Assembly: GCF_009914755.1 (NCBI RefSeq)
Contig: NC_060948.1
Origin: the human T2T-CHM13v2.0 reference genome, Homo sapiens
Strand: one strand, 5' to 3'
Length of the DNA stretch: 64,000 bases
Shown: positions 55,701 to 64,000 of the stretch, piece by piece
How positions within the stretch are numbered: position 1 is the stretch's first letter
Layout: each line of letters starts with the position of its first letter
Program-made: the position numbers and the translations under genes
Notes under the pieces: generated by a model
Seen by the model: only the letters and a program-made list of their open reading frames with translations
What the model was told of the DNA's origin: nothing
The model's database searches: none

Positions 55701-58700
55701 GAATCCAAAATCATTGACTGGAAAGGCTGGGTGTCGAAAGGAATTGACTCCAATGGAATGGAATCGAATGGAATGGAAGTGAATAGAATCGAACTAAATC
55801 GAATGGAATGGAATTGATAGGAACGGAATGGAAAGGAATGCAATGATTTGGCATGGAATGGAATCGAATGGCATCGAATGGAATGGAATGGAATGCAATG
55901 GAATGGAATGTATTAGAATGGAATGAACTTTAATGGAATGTACTCGAATGGATTCGACTGGAATGGAATGTTCTGGAAGTGAATGGACTCCAATGGAATG
56001 GATTCAAAAGGAATGGAATCGTACGGAATGGAATCTAATGGAATGGAATTAAATGGAAATGAATCAAATTGAATAGCACGGAATTGAATTGAATGGAATG
56101 GAATGCAATGGAATCTAATGAAACGGAAAGGAAAGGAATGGAATGGAATGGAATGGGCTGGAATGGAAAGGAATCGAAACGAATGGAATGGAATCGAAGT
56201 GAAGAGACTGGAATGGAATGCACTGGAATGGAAGGGAGTGTAATGGAAGGTTCTCGAAAAAAATGGAATCGAATGGAATGGAATTGAATGGAACGGAATA
56301 GAGTCGAATGGAATTGAATGGAATGGAATGGACTAGAGTGAAATGGAATCGAACCACAAGGAATGGACAGGAATAGAATGGTCTCGAATTGAATGGAATC
56401 GTATGGAATGGCATCAAACGGAATGGAATGGACAGCCACGGAATGGAATGCACTCGAATGCAATGGAGTCGAAACTAATGGACTGGAATAGAATGGACTC
56501 GACTGGTACGGACTCCAATGGAATGGAATCGAATGGAAGGGAATCGAACGGAATGGAATCGAACGGAATGGACTCGAAGGGAAAAGACTGCAATGGAAAG
56601 GTCTCGAATGGAATGGAAATTAATGGAATGGAATGGAATCGAATGAAATGGAGTCAAAAGGAATGGAATCGAATGGCAAGAAATCGAATGTAATGGAATC
56701 GCCAGGAATTGATGTGAACGGAACGGAATGGAATGGAATCCAAAGGAATGGAATAGAATGGAATGGAATCGAATGGAAAGGACTCGAATGGAAATCACTC
56801 GAATAGAATGCAATTTAATAAAATAGGATCAAATGTAATGGAATGGAATGGAAAGGAATCGAAACGAAAGGAATGGAGACAGATGGAATGGAATGGAACA
56901 GAGAGCAATGGTATAGAATGGAATGGAATCATCTGGAATGGAATTGAATGGAATGGAATAATATGAAATGGAATGGAATGGAATGGAATGGAATGCCCTT
57001 GAATTAAATGGACTGGAATGGAATGGACTCAAACAGAGTGGAATGGAAAGTGTGGAGATAGAATGGAATGAACTCCTTTGGAATGGTGTAGTATGCAATG
57101 CAATCGACTGGCAGGGAATCAAAAGGAATGTAATCGAATGGATTGGACTGGAATGCAATGGACTCGAATAGATTGGAAACGGAATGCAAAGGAATGGAAT
57201 GGAATAGTATGGAATGCAATGGAAGGGAATGGAGTGGAATAGACTAGAGTGGAATGGAATGGACTGGAAAGCAATGGACTGGAATGGAACTTTCTTGGAT
57301 GGACTGGAATCAAACGGAATGGAATGCAATGCAATCAAATGGCATGGAATAAAATAGAATGAAAGAGAATCAAATGGAATTGAATCGAATGGAATCGAAT
57401 GGATTGGAAAGGAATAGAATGGAATGGAATGGAATGGACTCAAATGGAATGTACTAGAATGGAATGGATTCGAATGGAAGGCAAAGGAATGGAATCTATT
57501 GGAATGGACTGTAATGGAATGGAATGGAAGGGATTGGAATGGACTCGAATGGAATGGACTGCAATAGAAAGGATTCGAATGGAATGAAAAAGAATTGAAT
57601 GGAATAGAACAGAATGGAATCAAATCGAATGAAATGGAATGGAATAGAAAGGAATGGAATGAAATGGAATGGAAAGGATTCGAATGGAATGCAATCGAAT
57701 GGAATGGAATCGAACGGAATGGAATAAAATGGAAGAAAACTGGCAAGAAATGGAATCGAAATGAATGGAGTGTTATGGAACGGACTCAAAAGGAATTGAA
57801 TGTAATAGAATGGAGTGGAGTGGACTCGAATATAATGGACTGGAATGGAATGAAATCACATGGAATGGGAACGAATGGAATGGAATGGAAAGGAATGGAA
57901 TCGAATGGAAAGGAATCGAATGGAAGGGAATGAAATTGAATCAACACGAATGGAAGGGAATAGAATAGACTGTAATGGAATGGACTCGAATAGAATGGAC
58001 ACGAATGCTCAAATTGAATGGACTCGAATGGAATGGAAACGAAAGGAATGTCACCGAATGGAATTGAATCGATTGGAATGAAATCGCATAGAATGGAGTG
58101 GAATCAAATGGAATTGAATCGAAAGGAAAGGAAGCGAATGGACTGAAATGAAATGGAATGGAATTGAATGGAAAGTAATGCAATGGAATAGAATGGAACG
58201 AAATTTCACGGAATGGAATCAAACTGAATGGAATCAAATCAATGGAATCAAATCAAATGGAATGGAAAGGAATTGAATGGAGTAGATGGGATTGGATGGG
58301 ATTGGAATGAAATGTACTGGAAAGGACTCGAATTTCATGAAACGGAATGGAATGAATTGGAACGGAATGGACTCGAATGGAATGGAATGTCATGGGATGG
58401 CATCAAATGGAATGACATCAAATGGAATGGAATCGAATGCAATGGAATGCTATGGAATGGAATGGAATGCATTGGAATGGAATGTCCGCTAATGGAATGG
58501 ATTCGAGTGGAATGTAATTGAATATAATGGAGTCGAATGAAATGGAATTGAAAGGAATGGGATCGAATACAATGGAATATACTGGAATGTAACGTAATGA
58601 ACTGGAATGTAATTGACTGGAATGGAATGTACATGAATGGAATGTAATCGAATGGAAAGTAATCCAATGGAATAGAATCTAATGCAATAAAATCGACTCA

Positions 58701-61700
58701 GATAGAGTAGAATGTAATGGAATGGAGTGCAGTGCAATGGAATGGAATGGAATGGAATGCAATGGAATGGAATGGAATGGAATGGAATGGAATGGAATGG
58801 AATGGGATGTAATGGTATGGAATGGATAGTAATGGACTGGAGTGAAATGGACTGGAAAGGAATGGACTCAAATTGAAAGGGCTCGAAAGGAATGGAGTCA
58901 AATGGAATGGTCTGGAATGGAATGAAAACGAATGTAATGCAACCCAATAGAATGGAATCGAATGGCATGGAATATAAAGAAATGGAATCGAAGAGAATGG
59001 AAACAAATGGAATGGAATTGAATGGAATGGAATTGAATGGAATGGGAACGAATGGAGTGAAATTGTATGCAGTAGAAGAGAATAGAATGGAATGCAAGCG
59101 AAAGGAAAGGAATGGATTGGAATGGAATGGAATTCATTGGAATGGAAGGGAATGTAGTGTAATGGACAGGCCTGGAATAAAGTGGAATGCTACGGTCTCG
59201 AATGGAATAAAAATATATGGAATGGAATGCAATGAAACGGAATCGAATGTCATAGAATGTAATGGAATGCAAAAAAATGGAATCCAAAATCATTGACTGG
59301 AAAGGCTGGGTGTCGAAAGGAATTGACTCCAATGGAATGGAATCGAATGGAATGGAAGTGAATAGAATCGAACTAAATCGAATGGAATGGAATTGATAGG
59401 AACGGAATGGAAAGGAATGCAATGATTTGGCATGGAATGGAATCGAATGGCATCGAATGGAATGGAATGGAATGCAATGGAATGGAATGTATTAGAATGG
59501 AATGAACTTTAATGGAATGTACTCGAATGGATTCGACTGGAATGGAATGTTCTGGAAGTGAATGGACTCCAATGGAATGGATTCAAAAGGAATGGAATCG
59601 TACGGAATGGAATCTAATGGAATGGAATTAAATGGAAATGAATCAAATTGAATAGCACGGAATTGAATTGAATGGAATGGAATGCAATGGAATCTAATGA
59701 AACGGAAAGGAAAGGAATGGAATGGAATGGAATGGGCTGGAATGGAAAGGAATCGAAACGAATGGAATGGAATCGAAGTGAAGAGACTGGAATGGAATGC
59801 ACTGGAATGGAAGGGAGTGTAATGGAAGGTTCTCGAAAAAAATGGAATCGAATGGAATGGAATTGAATGGAACGGAATAGAGTCGAATGGAATTGAATGG
59901 AATGGAATGGACTAGAGTGAAATGGAATCGAACCACAAGGAATGGACAGGAATAGAATGGTCTCGAATTGAATGGAATCGTATGGAATGGCATCAAACGG
60001 AATGGAATGGACAGCCACGGAATGGAATGCACTCGAATGCAATGGAGTCGAAACTAATGGACTGGAATAGAATGGACTCGACTGGTACGGACTCCAATGG
60101 AATGGAATCGAATGGAAGGGAATCGAACGGAATGGAATCGAACGGAATGGACTCGAAGGGAAAAGACTGCAATGGAAAGGTCTCGAATGGAATGGAAATT
60201 AATGGAATGGAATGGAATCGAATGAAATGGAGTCAAAAGGAATGGAATCGAATGGCAAGAAATCGAATGTAATGGAATCGCCAGGAATTGATGTGAACGG
60301 AACGGAATGGAATGGAATCCAAAGGAATGGAATAGAATGGAATGGAATCGAATGGAAAGGACTCGAATGGAAATCACTCGAATAGAATGCAATTTAATAA
60401 AATAGGATCAAATGTAATGGAATGGAATGGAAAGGAATCGAAACGAAAGGAATGGAGACAGATGGAATGGAATGGAACAGAGAGCAATGGTATAGAATGG
60501 AATGGAATCATCTGGAATGGAATTGAATGGAATGGAATAATATGAAATGGAATGGAATGGAATGGAATGGAATGCCCTTGAATTAAATGGACTGGAATGG
60601 AATGGACTCAAACAGAGTGGAATGGAAAGTGTGGAGATAGAATGGAATGAACTCCTTTGGAATGGTGTAGTATGCAATGCAATCGACTGGCAGGGAATCA
60701 AAAGGAATGTAATCGAATGGATTGGACTGGAATGCAATGGACTCGAATAGATTGGAAACGGAATGCAAAGGAATGGAATGGAATAGTATGGAATGCAATG
60801 GAAGGGAATGGAGTGGAATAGACTAGAGTGGAATGGAATGGACTGGAAAGCAATGGACTGGAATGGAACTTTCTTGGATGGACTGGAATCAAACGGAATG
60901 GAATGCAATGCAATCAAATGGCATGGAATAAAATAGAATGAAAGAGAATCAAATGGAATTGAATCGAATGGAATCGAATGGATTGGAAAGGAATAGAATG
61001 GAATGGAATGGAATGGACTCAAATGGAATGGACTAGAATGGAATGGATTCGAATGGAAGGCAAAGGAATGGAATCTATTGGAATGGACTGTAATGGAATG
61101 GAATGGAAGGGATTGGAATGGACTCGAATGGAATGGACTGCAATAGAAAGGATTCGAATGGAATGAAAAAGAATTGAATGGAATAGAACAGAATGGAATC
61201 AAATCGAATGAAATGGAATGGAATAGAAAGGAATGGAATGAAATGGAATGGAAAGGATTCGAATGGAATGCAATCGAATGGAATGGAATCGAACGGAATG
61301 GAATAAAATGGAAGAAAACTGGCAAGAAATGGAATCGAAATGAATGGAGTGTTATGGAACGGACTCAAAAGGAATTGAATGTAATAGAATGGAGTGGAGT
61401 GGACTCGAATATAATGGACTGGAATGGAATGAAATCACATGGAATGGGAACGAATGGAATGGAATGGAAAGGAATGGAATCGAATGGAAAGGAATCGAAT
61501 GGAAGGGAATGAAATTGAATCAACACGAATGGAAGGGAATAGAATAGACTGTAATGGAATGGACTCGAATAGAATGGACACGAATGCTCAAATTAAATGG
61601 ACTCGAATGGAATGGAAACGAAAGGAATGTCACCGAATGGAATTGAATCGATTGGAATGAAATCGCATAGAATGGAGTGGAATCAAATGGAATTGAATCG

Positions 61701-64000
61701 AAAGGAAAGGAAGCGAATGGACTGAAATGAAATGGAATGGAATTGAATGGAAAGTAATGCAATGGAATAGAATGGAACGAAATTTCACGGAATGGAATGA
61801 AACTGAATGGAATCAAATCAATGGAATCAAATCAAATGGAATGGAAAGGAATTGAATGGAGTAGATGGGATTGGATGGGATTGGAATGAAATGTACTGGA
61901 AAGGACTCGAATTTCATGAAACGGAATGGAATGAATTGGAACGGAATGGACTCAAATGGAATGGAATGTCATGGGATGGCATCAAATGGAATGACATCAA
62001 ATGGAATGGAATCGAATGCAATGGAATGCTATGGAATGGAATGGAATGCATTGGAATGGAATGTCCGCTAATGGAATGGATTCGAGTGGAATGGAATCGA
62101 ATATAATGGAGTCGAATGAAATGGAATTGAAAGGAATGGGATCGAATACAATGGAATATACTGGAATGTAACGTAATGAACTCGAATGTAATTGACTGGA
62201 ATGGAATGTACATGAATGGAATGTAATCGAATGGAAAGTAATCCAATGGAATAGAATCTAATGCAATAAAATCGACTCAGATAGAGTAGAATGTAATGGA
62301 ATGGAGTGCAGTGCAATGGAATGGAATGGAATGGAATGCAATGGAATGGAATGGAATGGAATGGAATGGAATGGAATGGAATGGAATGGAATGGGATGGA
62401 ATGGTATGGAATGGATAGTAATGCACTGGAGTGAAATGGACTGGAAAGGAATGGACTCAAATTGACAGCGCTCGAAAGGAATGGAGTCAAATGGAATGGT
62501 CTGGAATGGAATGAACACGAATGTAATGCAACCCAATAGAATGGAATCGAATGGCATGGAATATAAAGAAATGGAATCGAAGAGAATGGAAACAAATGGA
62601 ATGGAATTGAATGGAATGGAATTGAATGGAATGGGAACGAATGGAGTGAAATTGTATGCAGTAGAAGAGAATAGAATGGAATGCAAGCGAAAGGAAAGGA
62701 ATGGATTGGAATGGAATGGAATTCATTGGAATGGAAGGGAATGTAGTGTAATGGACAGGCCTGGAATAAAGTGGAATGCTACGGTCTCGAATGGAATAAA
62801 AATGTATGGAATGGAAGGCAATGAAACGGAATCGAATGTCATAGAATGTAATGGAATGCAAAAAAATGGAATCCAAAATCATTGACTGGAAAGGCTGGGT
62901 GTCGAAAGGAATTGACTCCAATGGAATGGAATCGAATGGAATGGAAGTGAATAGAATCGAACTAAATCGAATGGAATGGAATTGATAGGAACGGAATGGA
63001 AAGGAATGCAATGATTTGGCATGGAATGGAATCGAATGGCATCGAATGGAATGGAATGGAATGCAATGGAATGGAATGTATTAGAATGGAATGAACTTTA
63101 ATGGAATGTACTCGAATGGATTCGACTGGAATGGAATGTTCTGGAAGTGAATGGACTCCAATGGAATGGATTCAAAAGGAATGGAATCGTACGGAATGGA
63201 ATCTAATGGAATGGAATTAAATGGAAATGAATCAAATTGAATAGCACGGAATTGAATTGAATGGAATGGAATGCAATGGAATCTAATGAAACGGAAAGGA
63301 AAGGAATGGAATGGAATGGAATGGGCTGGAATGGAAAGGAATCGAAACGAATGGAATGGAATCGAAGTGAAGAGACTGGAATGGAATGCACTGGAATGTA
63401 AGGGAGTGTAATGGAAGGTTCTCGAAAAAAATGGAATCGAATGGAATGGAATTGAATGGAACGGAATAGAGTCGAATGGAATTGAATGGAATGGAATGGA
63501 CTAGAGTGAAATGGAATCGAACCACAAGGAATGGACAGGAATAGAATGGTCTCGAATTGAATGGAATCGTATGGAATGGCATCAAACGGAATGGAATGGA
63601 CAGCCACGGAATGGAATGCACTCGAATGCAATGGAGTCGAAACTAATGGACTGGAATAGAATGGACTCGACTGGTACGGACTCCAATGGAATGGAATCGA
63701 ATGGAAGGGAATCGAACGGAATGGAATCGAACGGAATGGACTCGAAGGGAAAAGACTGCAATGGAAAGGTCTCGAATGGAATGGAAATTAATGGAATGGA
63801 ATGGAATCGAATGAAATGGAGTCAAAAGGAATGGAATCGAATGGCAAGAAATCGAATGTAATGGAATCGCCAGGAATTGATGTGAACGGAACGGAATGGA
63901 ATGGAATCCAAAGGAATGGAATAGAATGGAATGGAATCGAATGGAAAGGACTCGAATGGAAATCACTCGAATAGAATGCAATTTAATAAAATAGGATCAA

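Larger units (their letters stand above)
1..64000 (+). repeat. DYZ1: Human satellite 3 (HSat3/SatIII) tandem array, diverged (GGAAT)n with a ~3.57-kb higher-order unit; most likely DYZ1 of Yq12 heterochromatin
   Basis: Continuous GGAAT-derived pentamers (GGAAT, CGAAT, TGAAT, CAAAT, GGACT, GCAAT) end to end. The landmark GACAGGCCTGGAATAAAG recurs with its GGCC at 1955, 5524, 9093, 12662, 16221, 19775, 23354, 26938, 30507, 34101, 37675, 41259, 44843, 48422, 52006, 55590, 59169 and 62758 (spacing 3554-3594 bp). A ~3.56-kb pentamer-based unit cut once by HaeIII is the established definition of DYZ1. The Y assignment rests on that knowledge, not on an alignment. Confidence 0.95.
17740..64000 (+). 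repeat. Subtype B block: ~13 units, modal period 3579-3584 bp, EcoRI site in most units
   Basis: Diagnostic alleles: GGAATTCATT (GAATTC first at 19736), CTTTCTTGGAT, GTAGATGGGATT, GGAATGCTACG, AAAAAAATGG, CTCGAATAG, GCCAGG, GCAACCC, and a 15-bp extra segment first seen at ~20735. Confidence 0.88.

Noticed and set aside
180-63981. All other short ORFs on both strands (MEWNG- or FHSIP-rich)
   Set aside because: They overlap in multiple frames and are direct translations of the pentamer, with ATG supplied by every AATGG. Nothing in the sequence supports coding function.
1-64000. CRISPR-like array, telomeric repeat, HSat2 or alpha satellite
   Set aside because: There are no unique spacers, no TTAGGG, no 171-bp monomer and no dominant CATTCGATTC/ATGATG HSat2 pattern.
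1-64000. Embedded DYZ2/Alu/L1 insertion or strand inversion
   Set aside because: Landmark spacing never departs from 3554-3594 bp and the GGAAT strand stays on + throughout, leaving no room for an insertion or inversion.

Overview
The whole 64-kb window is one uninterrupted, single-orientation array of human satellite 3 (diverged (GGAAT)n on the + strand, (ATTCC)n on the - strand). It is organised as about 18 tandem copies of a ~3.55-3.59 kb unit with one HaeIII/StuI site (AGGCCT) per copy, which matches the Y-chromosome heterochromatin repeat DYZ1 (Yq12). I see no genes, RNA genes or transposons; every ORF in the track is a translation of the pentamer (MEWNG / FHSIP repeats). The informative signal is internal to the array: (i) a near-identical 3569-bp subtype A (1 to ~17.1 kb) switches through a mosaic junction to a 15-bp-longer, EcoRI-positive subtype B; (ii) shared variants reveal nested 2-, 3- and 5-unit duplications; (iii) all inter-unit indels I found are multiples of 5 bp and each unit has only four pentamer-register breaks; (iv) each unit carries perfect heat-shock elements (nGAAnnTTCnnGAAn), three in subtype A and one or two in subtype B. 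I found no evidence of a new coding system. Variant positions were read by eye and should be confirmed by alignment.
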